A program made the position numbers and the translations under genes. A stretch of DNA of 15,620 nucleotides from a virus (Duplodnaviria; Heunggongvirae; Uroviricota; Caudoviricetes), in IMG/VR virus record IMGVR_UViG_2711768073_000008, one strand, 5' to 3'. The notes beneath the pieces were generated by a model. The model was given only the letters and a program-made list of their open reading frames with translations, was not told the origin of the DNA and did not search any database. Shown here piece after piece: positions 6,972 to 15,374 of the stretch. Numbering within the stretch: the stretch's first letter is position 1; the number at the start of each line of letters is the position of its first letter.

Positions 6972-7669
6972 AAAACATCGCCGCACAGATGGTTAACTTT
7001 GACCGTGAGCAGATGCGTCGGATCGCCAACAACATGCCGGAACAGTACGACGAAAAGCCGCAGGTACAGCAGGTAGCGCAGATCATCAACGGTGTGTTCA
7101 GCCAGTTACTGGCAACTTTCCCGGCGAGCCTGGCTAACCGTGACCAGAATGAACTGAACGAAATCCGCCGCCAGTGGGTTCTGGCTTTTCGGGAAAATGG
7201 GATCACCACGATGGAACAGGTTAACGCTGGAATGCGCGTAGCCCGTCGGCAGAATCGACCATTCCTGCCATCACCCGGGCAGTTTGTTGCCTGGTGCCGT
7301 GAAGAAGCATCCGTTATTGCCGGACTGCCAAACGCCAGCGAGCTGGTTGATATGGTTTACGAGTATTGCCGGAAGCGTGGACTGTATCCGGATGCAGAGT
7401 CTTATCCGTGGAAATCAAACGCGCACTACTGGCTGGTTACCAACCTGTACCAGAACATGCGGGCCAATGCGCTGACTGACGCGGAATTACGGCGTAAGGC
7501 TGCCGATGAGCTGACCTGTATGACCGCGCGAATTAACCGTGGTGAGGCGATACCTGAACCAGTAAAACAACTTCCTGTCATGGGCGGTAGACCTCTAAAT
7601 CGTGCACAGGCTTTGGCGAAGATCGCAGAAATCAAAGCTAAGTTCGGACTGAAAGGAGCAAGTGTATGA
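6968..7669 (+). CDS. P: Replication protein P (DnaB helicase loader), 233 aa
   Basis: ORF track 233 aa, MKNIAAQMVNFDREQMRRIANNMPEQYDEKPQVQQVAQIINGVFSQLL..., recognised as near-identical to lambda P. Start overlaps the O stop (ATGA). Confidence 0.95.
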   Translation: MKNIAAQMVNFDREQMRRIANNMPEQYDEKPQVQQVAQIINGVFSQLLATFPASLANRDQNELNEIRRQWVLAFRENGITTMEQVNAGMRVARRQNRPFLPSPGQFVAWCREEASVIAGLPNASELVDMVYEYCRKRGLYPDAESYPWKSNAHYWLVTNLYQNMRANALTDAELRRKAADELTCMTARINRGEAIPEPVKQLPVMGGRPLNRAQALAKIAEIKAKFGLKGASV

Positions 7670-7968
7670 CGGGCAAAGAGGCAATTATTCATTACCTGGG
7701 GACGCATAAGAGCTTCTGTGCGCAGGACGTTGCTGCGGTAACAGGCGCAACAGTAACCAGTATAAATCAGGCTGCGGTTAAAATGGCACGGGCAGGAATC
7801 TTAGTCATTGATGGTAAGGTCTGGCGAACGGTGTATTACCGCTTCGCTACCAGGGAAGAACGGGAAGGAAAGGTGAGCACGAATCTGATTTTCAAGGAGT
7901 GTCGCCAGAGTGCCGCGATGAAACGAGTGTTGGCAGTGTATGGAGATATGAACTTAAACTTGCTGTGA
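7666..7968 (+). CDS. ren: Ren (Rex-exclusion resistance protein), 100 aa
   Basis: ORF track MTGKEAIIHYLGTHKSFCAQDVAAVTGATVTSINQAAVKMARAGILVIDGKVWRTVYYRFATREEREGK..., matching lambda Ren as recalled. Overlaps the P stop. Confidence 0.9.
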   Translation: MTGKEAIIHYLGTHKSFCAQDVAAVTGATVTSINQAAVKMARAGILVIDGKVWRTVYYRFATREEREGKVSTNLIFKECRQSAAMKRVLAVYGDMNLNLL

Positions 7969-8216
7969 CGGTTTTCATCGGTAACACACCATGTAATCTA
8001 GCAGTCAGCTTAGAAATAGGAGCGGCAGTTAAAGATTTTTCAGTTAGTAGAAAATTACTGTTATTGCAGGGATCTAATCACCGGAGAGTCGTTCCATTTG
8101 TCTTATGATTACCTGATGTCCGTTAGTTCGTTGGTAATCACCGTTTTTGTTAGAGAAGTAAGCATCGCTGACAAAATATTCTCAACGATGCCTGCTTTAT
8201 TGCCACTACAAATTAA

Positions 8217-9719
8217 TTAAATTGCATCTGCAAACTCTGGGGTTTTTCGCTCAGGTATAATTGATGAGTTGTTGTTGTCACTTTTTTTATTTTCATGATT
8301 ACGAATAGCCAATGACTCATTAAAGTCTTTTGCGACTGCTGTCTCAATAAATTCAATTTCTGAATCAGAGTGTTTTTTAAGAGCTTCTTTGATCTCATCC
8401 AGAGTAACATAGAAAAACTCTTTTCTACGATTTACAAGATTGACTCTCTTTTTATCGAAGACATCATGTAGTTTTTTTTCTAATGATGGAGCGTCCTCCG
8501 AATAAATCATAGCATGCACATCAAAAATAAATGGAACAGATGCATCACCGAGCTCATTTACACGGTCTTGCGGATCAAGACGTCGTGTCATGCCTATTTT
8601 ATAAACATTCTCCCCAAAAGAACCTATGTTCGAAATAATATAAACATGACCTTGTTTGGTTTGTTGTGCCATGGATAATGCTCTTTGATGCTTTGATTCA
8701 GCCTGCGACAAACTCTGTTCTAGTTCGGCAATGCGATTTTCGAGGCGCTGCTTCATGTCACCAGTAACTTTTTCCATTTCCTTTCTTGCAGCTTCAATTG
8801 CTTTTTTATAACGGCGCTCTTCTGCCTCTGCGTCTTGCATGGCCTTTTCTATTTCTCGTTGTGCACGCTCCTCCTCTCTCATTTGTGCCCTTATTTCTGC
8901 CTGTTCTTCTTTTTCTTTCTGTTTTTGCTCACGATATTCATGGGTAAGCCACAATTCCTCAAGTTTTTTATTGAGGTATTTAGTGTTTATATATATGTGA
9001 TTTTGCTCGTTTAGTTTATTTATGGCCTCAAATGCCTTTGTGATGCGTTCTTCCATTTTAGTGATATTTTTCCACGTGCAATTGCTAATTGCAGCATCAC
9101 ATTCATTATTAAATGCTCTAGTAGTTAACCTGATATTTCTGTCTGTCATTTTTTTACCCTCTGCTCGAGAGCCTTCAACAGTCCATTGGGTTGTACAATA
9201 TACTGCGCCAGAGTGGGTTTTATCCCGCAGCATTAATTTCTGTTCATCCCTGATGGATTTTATTTTGTTTTTAAATTGCTCTGAATCTTCAAAATTAAAA
9301 TGAGGTTCGTAAAATCCTAGCTCGGCTAGCTCAACATCTTCTGAATAAATAGAAATTTGCCTTACTAGTTTATCATATATTTCTTTCTTCTCTTTATAAG
9401 TTCTTCTTAGCTCTTGGATTTGTTTATTGATACCATCCATTTTTTCAATGGTGTTTGTTAGTTCATTATTGGCATTTTCTTTTACTTTTTGGGATTCTTC
9501 TTTTATTATGGAGCATTCTTGCTCTGTTTTCTCAATAAGCTTCTTACATTCTTCTTCTACATTAAAATAATCTGCAAAGCGAGATTTGTATTCTTCATTT
9601 TTTTGATTGCTATCACTTAATTCTAATTGTATTTTTTTGATGCGTTTGATTGCAGCTATATAAAGAACAAGAACAACCAATAAAAATATGATTGCAAGTA
9701 ATAGTGGAGTTTGAGTCAT
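8217..9719 (-). CDS. 500-aa cargo protein: N-terminal TM anchor, long coiled coil, C-terminal GIY-YIG/T5orf172 (MUG113)-like domain; candidate anti-phage defence or abortive-infection effector
   Basis: ORF track 500 aa. N-terminus MTQTPLLLAIIFLLVVLVLYIAAIKRIKK is hydrophobic; an E/K/Q/R-rich heptad-like region runs to ~aa 350; the C-terminal GHVYIISNIGSFGENVYKIGMTRRLDPQDRVNELGDASVPFIFDVHA...NRRKEFFYVTLDEIKEAL fits the GIY...YIG/T5orf172 pattern (encoded ~8380-8651). AT-rich, opposite strand to flanking ren and ybcN; SD aagga 8 nt before the ATG. Confidence 0.85.
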   Translation of the reverse strand: MTQTPLLLAIIFLLVVLVLYIAAIKRIKKIQLELSDSNQKNEEYKSRFADYFNVEEECKKLIEKTEQECSIIKEESQKVKENANNELTNTIEKMDGINKQIQELRRTYKEKKEIYDKLVRQISIYSEDVELAELGFYEPHFNFEDSEQFKNKIKSIRDEQKLMLRDKTHSGAVYCTTQWTVEGSRAEGKKMTDRNIRLTTRAFNNECDAAISNCTWKNITKMEERITKAFEAINKLNEQNHIYINTKYLNKKLEELWLTHEYREQKQKEKEEQAEIRAQMREEERAQREIEKAMQDAEAEERRYKKAIEAARKEMEKVTGDMKQRLENRIAELEQSLSQAESKHQRALSMAQQTKQGHVYIISNIGSFGENVYKIGMTRRLDPQDRVNELGDASVPFIFDVHAMIYSEDAPSLEKKLHDVFDKKRVNLVNRRKEFFYVTLDEIKEALKKHSDSEIEFIETAVAKDFNESLAIRNHENKKSDNNNSSIIPERKTPEFADAI

Positions 9720-9899
9720 TCGTGCTATTCCTTACGGACAATTTAAGACGTTTTTATTAAATCCTGTTCAATGTGTATGCGGGTGATTGCCACCGCTTAC
9801 AATCTTCATAATTATCAGTTAGATAGACTCTCTAGTAAATAATTTCATTTTTTGCAATATTCTTGTTTAATATTTCAATTTATGAAATGAACTCTTTAT

Positions 9900-9925
9900 C
9901 CTTTCAAGGCGAAAGGTTTTTTCTT
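9900..9925 (+). terminator. Weak terminator-like hairpin upstream of ybcN (tR2 position)
   Basis: cctttc (9900-9905) / gaaagg (9911-9916) stem with 5-nt loop followed by tttttt (9917-9922). The stem is short and AT-rich, so this is tentative. Confidence 0.3.
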
Positions 9926-10144
9926 CGGAAATATTTGCTCTCGTGTGACGTATAAAGACCTTTGATTTTCAAAAATCAGTAGGGAATAATATAGTTACTG
10001 TCGGCCTGAACACCCGGTGGTGGGGTTGCGCTAAACGGGGACGTTTATGCGCACATACAATCCAAACTCTCTTCTCCCTTCACAGATGCAGAAATGCACC
10101 TGCAATTCTTTGCATCTAGCGTTTGACCTCTGCGGAGGTGAAGC

Positions 10145-10600
10145 GTGAACCTCCCACAAGACGGTATCAAATTGCATCGCGGTAACTTCACCGCTATCGG
10201 TCAGCAGATCCAGCCTTATCTGGAGGACGGAAAATGCTTTCGCATGGTGCTTAAACCGTGGCGCGAGAGACGCAGTCTTTCCCAGAATGCACTCAGCCAC
10301 ATGTGGTACAGCGAAATCAGTGAATACCTCATCAGCAGGGGTAAAACGTTCGCCACTCCAGCTTGGGTAAAAGATGCTCTCAAACACACATATCTCGGTT
10401 ATGAAACCAAAGACCTGGTTGATGTCGTAACCGGTGATATCACCACTATCCAGTCGTTACGCCATACCTCCGATCTTGATACCGGAGAGATGTATGTCTT
10501 CCTGTGTAAGGTTGAAGCCTGGGCGGTGAATATTGGCTGCCACCTGACTATTCCGCAGAGCTGCGAGTTCCAGCTGCTCCGCGACAAGCAGGAGGCGTAA
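10145..10600 (+). CDS. ybcN: NinB-family protein (DLP12 YbcN-like), 151 aa, GTG start
   Basis: ORF track 151 aa. [20 protein letters not shown] parallels the lambda NinB RSLDQN motif; recalled as near-identical to E. coli DLP12 YbcN. GGAGG SD at 10134-10138. Confidence 0.7.
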
Positions 10601-10770
10601 TGGCTACACCGCTTATTCGTGTCATGAACGGACACATCTACAGAGTATCAAATCGTCGTAAGCGTAAGCCTGAGCTGAAGCCATCCGAAATACCAACACT
10701 GCTCGGATATACCGCTAGCCTGGTTGATAAAAAATGGTTGCGACTGGCAGCAAGGAGGAATCATGGCTGA
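10600..10770 (+). CDS. ninE: NinE-like small protein (56 aa)
   Basis: Manual translation from the ATG at 10600: [56 protein letters not shown] then stop. Start overlaps the ybcN stop (TAATG). Below the ORF-track size cut-off. Confidence 0.55.
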   Translation: MATPLIRVMNGHIYRVSNRRKRKPELKPSEIPTLLGYTASLVDKKWLRLAARRNHG

Positions 10771-11053
10771 TTTGAGAAAAGCAGCGCGTGGTCGGGAATG
10801 CCAGGTAAGAATCCCTGGCGTATGTAATGGCAATTCTGAAACGTCTGTACTGGCACATATCCGGCTGGCTGGATTGTGCGGTACCGGTATCAAACCGCCA
10901 GACCTGATTGCCACCATTGCATGTTCTGCCTGCCACGACGAAATCGACCGCCGCACACATTTTGTCGATGCTGCATATGCAAAAGAATGCGCGCTGGAAG
11001 GTATGGCGAGAACACAGGTTATCTGGCTGAAAGAGGGGGTTATTAAGGCGTGA
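10763..11053 (+). CDS. ybcO: YbcO-like protein (DUF1364, Cys-rich putative nuclease), 96 aa
   Basis: From the internal Met of the track ORF: [64 protein letters not shown]..., matching DLP12 YbcO as recalled. AAGGAGG SD upstream. Confidence 0.8.
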   Translation: MADLRKAARGRECQVRIPGVCNGNSETSVLAHIRLAGLCGTGIKPPDLIATIACSACHDEIDRRTHFVDAAYAKECALEGMARTQVIWLKEGVIKA

Positions 11054-11412
11054 ATACCTACAGTATCACATTACCCTGGCCTCCGAGCAATAATCGCTAT
11101 TACCGCCATAATCGCGGGCGCACGCACGTCAGTGCAGAGGGGCAGGCATACCGCGATAACGTCGCCCGAATCATTAAAAACGCAATGCTGGATATCGGCC
11201 TGGCTATGCCTGTGAAAATCCGCATTGAGTGCCACATGCCGGATCGCCGTCGCCGTGACCTGGATAATCTGCAAAAAGCCGCTTTTGACGCACTCACCAA
11301 AGCAGGTTTCTGGCTGGATGATGCTCAGGTCGTTGATTACCGCGTTGTGAAGATGCCTGTTACCAAAGGTGGGAGGCTGGAACTGACCATCACCGAAATG
11401 GGGAATGAATGA
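11050..11412 (+). CDS. rusA: RusA Holliday-junction resolvase, 120 aa
   Basis: ORF track 120 aa, [46 protein letters not shown]...[25 protein letters not shown], recognised as RusA. Confidence 0.9.
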   Translation: MNTYSITLPWPPSNNRYYRHNRGRTHVSAEGQAYRDNVARIIKNAMLDIGLAMPVKIRIECHMPDRRRRDLDNLQKAAFDALTKAGFWLDDAQVVDYRVVKMPVTKGGRLELTITEMGNE

Positions 11413-11549
11413 TGTTTGAGTTTTATATGGCAGAACTTCTTCGCCACCGCTGGGGGCATCTGCGCTTATATCGTTTCCCCGGTTCTGTTTTGACCGATTA
11501 CCGAATACTGAAGAATTACGCCAAAACCCTGACAGGAGCAGGAGTATGA
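11409..11549 (+). CDS. ylcG: YlcG-like small protein (46 aa)
   Basis: Manual translation [46 protein letters not shown] then stop; overlaps the rusA stop. Matches DLP12 ylcG as recalled. Confidence 0.6.
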   Translation: MMFEFYMAELLRHRWGHLRLYRFPGSVLTDYRILKNYAKTLTGAGV

Positions 11550-11634
11550 AGTCAGAGATAACAATCAACTAATACTGTTTTGTTGATTTTTGCTTGTAAT
11601 TGGCGTTCTGGTCTGATTTTTGTGGAGTAAGTTG

Positions 11635-12018
11635 ATGCGTGATATTCAGATGGTTCTTGAGCGTTGGGGAGCGTGGGCGGCTAATAATCATGAAGATGTG
11701 ACCTGGTCGTCCATTGCCGCCGGTTTTAAGGGATTAATTACTTCAAAAGTAAAATCTCGCCCGCAATGTTGTGACGATGACGCGATGATTATTTGCGGGT
11801 GCATGGCCCGTCTGAAAAAGAACAACAGCGATTTGCACGATTTATTAGTAGATTATTATGTAGTCGGTATGACATTCATGTCACTGGCAGGTAAGCATTG
11901 CTGCTCTGATGGTTATATCGGGAAAAGGTTACAGAAGGCTGAGGGCATAATTGAAGGGATGTTAATGGCATTAGATATCCGGTTAGAGATGGATATCGTT
12001 GTTAATAACTCTAATTAA
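11635..12018 (+). CDS. quuD: Q-family late-gene antiterminator (DLP12 QuuD-like), 127 aa from the ATG at 11635
   Basis: [60 protein letters not shown]... GGAG SD 8 nt upstream. The track ORF begins at an upstream TTG. Confidence 0.8.
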   Translation: MRDIQMVLERWGAWAANNHEDVTWSSIAAGFKGLITSKVKSRPQCCDDDAMIICGCMARLKKNNSDLHDLLVDYYVVGMTFMSLAGKHCCSDGYIGKRLQKAEGIIEGMLMALDIRLEMDIVVNNSN

Positions 12019-12051
12019 TATGCCAATTGTTTACTAAAAATTATTAAAAAT

Positions 12052-12187
12052 GGGGCGTTGCAACGCCCCCAAAAATAAAGGGTAATATATAACAGAAGGT
12101 TTATATAGTTAGAAGCAAGGTTGTGCTCCTAAAGGAAGTGGCTTGAGGGAGCCACTTATATGTTGGGGAGGCAAAGCCTCCCGCAAC
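12052..12187. promoter_or_regulatory. Cluster of three GC-rich hairpins between quuD and the porin gene (candidate terminators and/or late-promoter/qut-associated structure)
   Basis: Perfect palindrome ggggcgttgcaacgcccc (12052-12069), flanked by a T-run on the minus strand; gtggct-tgaggg-agccac (~12139-12156); tgttggggaggc-aaa-gcctcccgcaaca (~12160-12187), 20 nt from the porin stop. Confidence 0.4.
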
Positions 12188-12206
12188 ATATCTTTTAGTA
12201 ATCAAA

Positions 12207-13289
12207 TTAGAACTGGTAAACCATACCTACAGCAACGATATCATCGGTAGCAACGCCAGATGCTTTCGTGAAATCGCTCTTATCAATCAGGTTGATTTTG
12301 TAATCAACAAAAGTGGACATATTTTTGTTGAAGTAATAGGTTGCACCTACATCAATATATTCAACCAGGTCCTGATCACCCCACGCACCCAAGTCTTTTC
12401 CTTTAGATTGCAGGTAAGCAACGGACGGACGCAGACCGAAGTCGAACTGATATTGTGCAACTACTTCGAAGTTTTGTGCTTTGTTGGCAATATGGTTATT
12501 ACCAAAAACAGTCATGTTCTGGGTTTCAGAATAGGTGGTAGCCAGATAGATGTTGTTCGCATCATATTTCAGACCAGCTGCCCATACTTCAGCATTTTGA
12601 CCAGATGCATTCAGGCTGTTGTTACCGTAGATAACCTGATTATTAGTGCGGTCAGATTTAGCATAGGTTGCACCTACACCGAATCCTTCATACTCATAAG
12701 TAGTGGAGAAACCGAAACCATCACCATTAGCTTCAGTTACGTCAGTGCGGTCATTTTTACCCTGATACTGAGCAGCAAAGTTCAGACCATCAACCAGACC
12801 AAAGAAGTCGTTGTTACGATAAGTTGCAACACCAGTGGTGCGACCAGTCATGAACACATCTGTTTGGGTCCAGGTATCGCCACCGAATTCTGGCAGAACG
12901 TCAGTCCACGCACCGATGTCATATGCTACACCGTAGTTACGGCCGTAATCGATTGAGCCGTAGTCCCCGAATTTCAGGCCTGCAAATGCAAGACGGGTTT
13001 TGTCTTTGGAGGAGCCTTGAGATTCAGCGCGGTTGCCTTTGAATTCATATTCCCACTGACCGAAACCAGTCAGTTGATCGTTGATTTGGGTTTCACCTTT
13101 GAAGCCAAGACGGGCATAAGTAGTATCACCATCATCTGCATCATTAGAGGAGAAGTAGTGCTTGGCATTAACTTTCCCATATAGATCCAGCTTGTTACTG
13201 TCTTTATTATAAATTTCAGCTGCCTGAGCAGACATCGCCATCAGTACTGATGCAGCTACAGCAGAAATTGCCACTGTTAATTTTTTCAT
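12207..13289 (-). CDS. nmpC: Outer-membrane general porin, OmpC/OmpF/PhoE family (NmpC/Lc-like), 360 aa, intact
   Basis: ORF track 360 aa; signal peptide [29 protein letters not shown]; porin hallmarks (GxxYxF-rich beta strands, C-terminal ...VAVGMVYQF). Sits between Q and the lysis genes as in DLP12; no IS interruption visible. Confidence 0.9.
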   Translation of the reverse strand: MKKLTVAISAVAASVLMAMSAQAAEIYNKDSNKLDLYGKVNAKHYFSSNDADDGDTTYARLGFKGETQINDQLTGFGQWEYEFKGNRAESQGSSKDKTRLAFAGLKFGDYGSIDYGRNYGVAYDIGAWTDVLPEFGGDTWTQTDVFMTGRTTGVATYRNNDFFGLVDGLNFAAQYQGKNDRTDVTEANGDGFGFSTTYEYEGFGVGATYAKSDRTNNQVIYGNNSLNASGQNAEVWAAGLKYDANNIYLATTYSETQNMTVFGNNHIANKAQNFEVVAQYQFDFGLRPSVAYLQSKGKDLGAWGDQDLVEYIDVGATYYFNKNMSTFVDYKINLIDKSDFTKASGVATDDIVAVGMVYQF

Positions 13290-13717
13290 CGTGAGCCCTT
13301 TTTTTTGAACTATTATTAAAAAATGATGTCACTGCGCGATAAATATTCATCTAATCAATGTGATTATTTCAAGATGTAAGTTTTGGTTTCTCGTTTGATT
13401 TGTGAAGTAGATCTCTATTTTTATCTGAACTTTTTTCTATCGAATCCTATTCATGGATCTTGGCTGAATAAAAATAAATCTATTAGCCAATTTATATTAA
13501 CGGCTGTTATTTATAAGTGCTCTGTAATTTGAAGGTTCAATTTAAATCGGCTAAAAATAACACTGGAAATTATTTGTTGGTTATTTGTTGAGATTTGCTT
13601 ATGTATTTGTAGTGGTGTTTTCAATACTCGGTAGCATTCTCGCAAATATCATTTTGTGGTTTACGTACGTAAAAAATTGGTTATGCTGTTAAGAGTGGTT
13701 ACTTCGTCACACAGCTT

Positions 13718-13750
13718 AAACCCGCCGTCGAGCGGGTTTTTCCATTTTTT
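13718..13750 (+). terminator. Intrinsic terminator upstream of the holin gene (tR'-like)
   Basis: aaacccgc-cgtcga-gcgggttt stem-loop (13718-13739) followed by T-rich ttttccatttttt, about 130 nt upstream of the essD start. Confidence 0.55.
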
Positions 13751-13878
13751 GAGTCTCGATATTAGCTGATAACCCAATACCTGAGTTATTCACTGACTCC
13801 GAGTCTGTTACGTTTCTGCTTTTTTGCGATACGTTGTATTCCCTCAATTTACACCCGCTTTGTCTGCGAGGTGGGGTT

Positions 13879-14094
13879 ATGAAATCCATGGATAAGTTAA
13901 CAACGGGTGTCGCCTATGGCACCTCAGCAGGTAGTGCCGGTTACTGGTTTTTACAGCTGCTCGATAAAGTCACGCCCTCACAGTGGGCAGCAATAGGTGT
14001 GCTGGGTAGCCTGGTATTTGGCCTGCTGACGTACCTGACAAACCTTTATTTCAAGATTAAAGAAGATAAGCGCAAGGCTGCGAGAGGTGAATAA
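13879..14094 (+). CDS. essD: Holin (lambda S / DLP12 EssD-like), 71 aa with dual-start motif
   Basis: [71 protein letters not shown]; Met1 and Met4 (ATGs at 13879 and 13888) form a holin/antiholin dual start; GAGGTGGGG SD. The track ORF starts further upstream. Confidence 0.85.
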
Positions 14095-14591
14095 TGCCTC
14101 CATCATTACGAAAAGCCGTTGCTGCTGCTATTGGTGGCGGAGCAATTGCTATAGCATCAGTGTTAATCACTGGCCCAAGTGGTAACGATGGTCTGGAAGG
14201 TGTCAGCTACATACCATACAAAGATATTGTTGGTGTATGGACTGTATGTCACGGGCATACAGGAAAAGACATCATGCTCGGTAAAACGTATACCAAAGCA
14301 GAATGCAAAGCCCTCCTGAATAAAGACCTTGCCACGGTCGCCAGACAAATTAACCCGTACATCAAAGTCGATATACCGGAAACAATGCGCGGCGCTCTTT
14401 ACTCATTCGTTTACAACGTGGGTGCTGGCAATTTCAGAACATCGACGCTTCTTCGCAAAATAAACCAGGGCGATATCAAAGGCGCATGTGATCAGCTACG
14501 TCGCTGGACATATGCTGGCGGTAAGCAATGGAAAGGTCTCATGACTCGTCGTGAGATTGAGCGTGAAATCTGTTTGTGGGGTCAGCAATGA
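14094..14591 (+). CDS. rrrD: SAR endolysin (phage lysozyme, P21 R / DLP12 RrrD-like), 165 aa
   Basis: ORF track 165 aa. N-terminal signal-anchor-release segment [20 protein letters not shown] followed by a lysozyme-like domain. Start overlaps the holin stop (TAATG). Confidence 0.9.
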   Translation: MPPSLRKAVAAAIGGGAIAIASVLITGPSGNDGLEGVSYIPYKDIVGVWTVCHGHTGKDIMLGKTYTKAECKALLNKDLATVARQINPYIKVDIPETMRGALYSFVYNVGAGNFRTSTLLRKINQGDIKGACDQLRRWTYAGGKQWKGLMTRREIEREICLWGQQ

Positions 14592-15049
14592 ACAGAGTAA
14601 CCGCGATTATCTCCGCTCTGGTTATCTGCATCATCGTCTGCCTGTCATGGGCTGTTAATCATTACCGTGATAACGCCATTACCTACAAAGCCCAGCGCGA
14701 CAAAAATGCCAGAGAACTGAAGCTGGCGAACGCGGCAATTACTGACATGCAGATGCGTCAGCGTGATGTTGCTGCGCTCGATGCAAAATACACGAAGGAG
14801 TTAGCTGATGCGAAAGCTGAAAATGATGCTCTGCGTGATGATGTTGCCGCTGGTCGTCGTCGGTTGCACATCAAAGCAGTCTGTCAGTCAGTGCGTGAAG
14901 CCACCACCGCCTCCGGCGTGGATAATGCAGCCTCCCCCCGACTGGCAGACACCGCTGAACGGGATTATTTCACCCTCAGAGAGAGGCTGATCACTATGCA
15001 AAAACAACTGGAAGGAACCCAGAAGTATATTAATGAGCAGTGCAGATAG
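14588..15049 (+). CDS. rzpD: Rz (i-spanin), 153 aa
   Basis: [26 protein letters not shown]... has an N-terminal TM segment then coiled coil. Start overlaps the endolysin stop. Confidence 0.85.
   Translation: MNRVTAIISALVICIIVCLSWAVNHYRDNAITYKAQRDKNARELKLANAAITDMQMRQRDVAALDAKYTKELADAKAENDALRDDVAAGRRRLHIKAVCQSVREATTASGVDNAASPRLADTAERDYFTLRERLITMQKQLEGTQKYINEQCR
14808..14990 (+). CDS. rzoD: Rz1 (o-spanin lipoprotein), 60 aa, embedded in the +1 frame of Rz
   Basis: ORF track 60 aa, [24 protein letters not shown]... with lipobox VVGC and a proline-rich region [15 protein letters not shown]; lies entirely within rzpD. Confidence 0.8.
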   Translation: MRKLKMMLCVMMLPLVVVGCTSKQSVSQCVKPPPPPAWIMQPPPDWQTPLNGIISPSERG

Positions 15050-15080
15050 AGCTGCCCATATCGATGGGCAACTCATGCAA

Positions 15081-15374
15081 TTATTGTGAGCAATACACAC
15101 GCGCTTCCAGCGGAGTATAAATGCCTAAAGTAATAAAACCGAGAAATCCATTTACGAATGTTTGCTGGGTTTCTGTTTTAACAACATTTTCTGCGCCGCC
15201 ACAAATTTTGGCTGCATCAACAGTTTTCTCCTGTCCAATTCCCGAAACGAAGAAATGATGGGTGATGGTTTCCTTTGGTGTTACTGCTGTCGGTTTGTTT
15301 CCAACAGTAAACGTCTGTTGAGCACATCCTGTAATAAGCATTGCCAGAGCGGCAGAAAACAACATTTTTTTCAT
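15081..15374 (-). CDS. borD: Bor-family lipoprotein (serum resistance), 97 aa from the ATG at 15372-15374
   Basis: MKKMLFSAALAMLITGCAQQTFTVGNKPTAVTPKETITHHFFVSGIGQEKTVDAAKICGGAENVVK... with lipobox ITGC. The track ORF has a 16-aa upstream extension. Confidence 0.85.
   Translation of the reverse strand: MKKMLFSAALAMLITGCAQQTFTVGNKPTAVTPKETITHHFFVSGIGQEKTVDAAKICGGAENVVKTETQQTFVNGFLGFITLGIYTPLEARVYCSQ

Noticed and set aside
9022-9303. 93-aa plus-strand ORF inside the 500-aa gene
   Set aside because: Antisense to a long, well-supported ORF, with a low-complexity hydrophobic translation typical of reverse-strand reading of AT-rich coding DNA.
10031-10387. 118-aa minus-strand ORF overlapping the ybcN start region
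   Set aside because: It overlaps the NinB-family gene on the opposite strand and has no features of a real protein or translation signals.
12019-12206. tRNA gene downstream of Q (as in some Stx and other lambdoid phages)
   Set aside because: The interval is under 190 bp and its hairpins are simple GC stem-loops with no cloverleaf arrangement or T-loop GTTC motif.
12408-12956. 182-aa plus-strand ORF inside the porin gene
   Set aside because: Antisense to the porin gene, which has a signal peptide and porin hallmarks; a chance open frame.
12207-13289. IS5 or other insertion sequence in the porin gene (as in K-12 nmpC)
   Set aside because: The porin ORF is uninterrupted over 360 codons, and no transposase ORF or terminal inverted repeats are visible in or next to it.
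14163-15100. Minus-strand ORFs (61 and 70 aa) inside the endolysin and Rz genes
   Set aside because: Antisense to strongly supported lysis genes; no SD or recognisable features.
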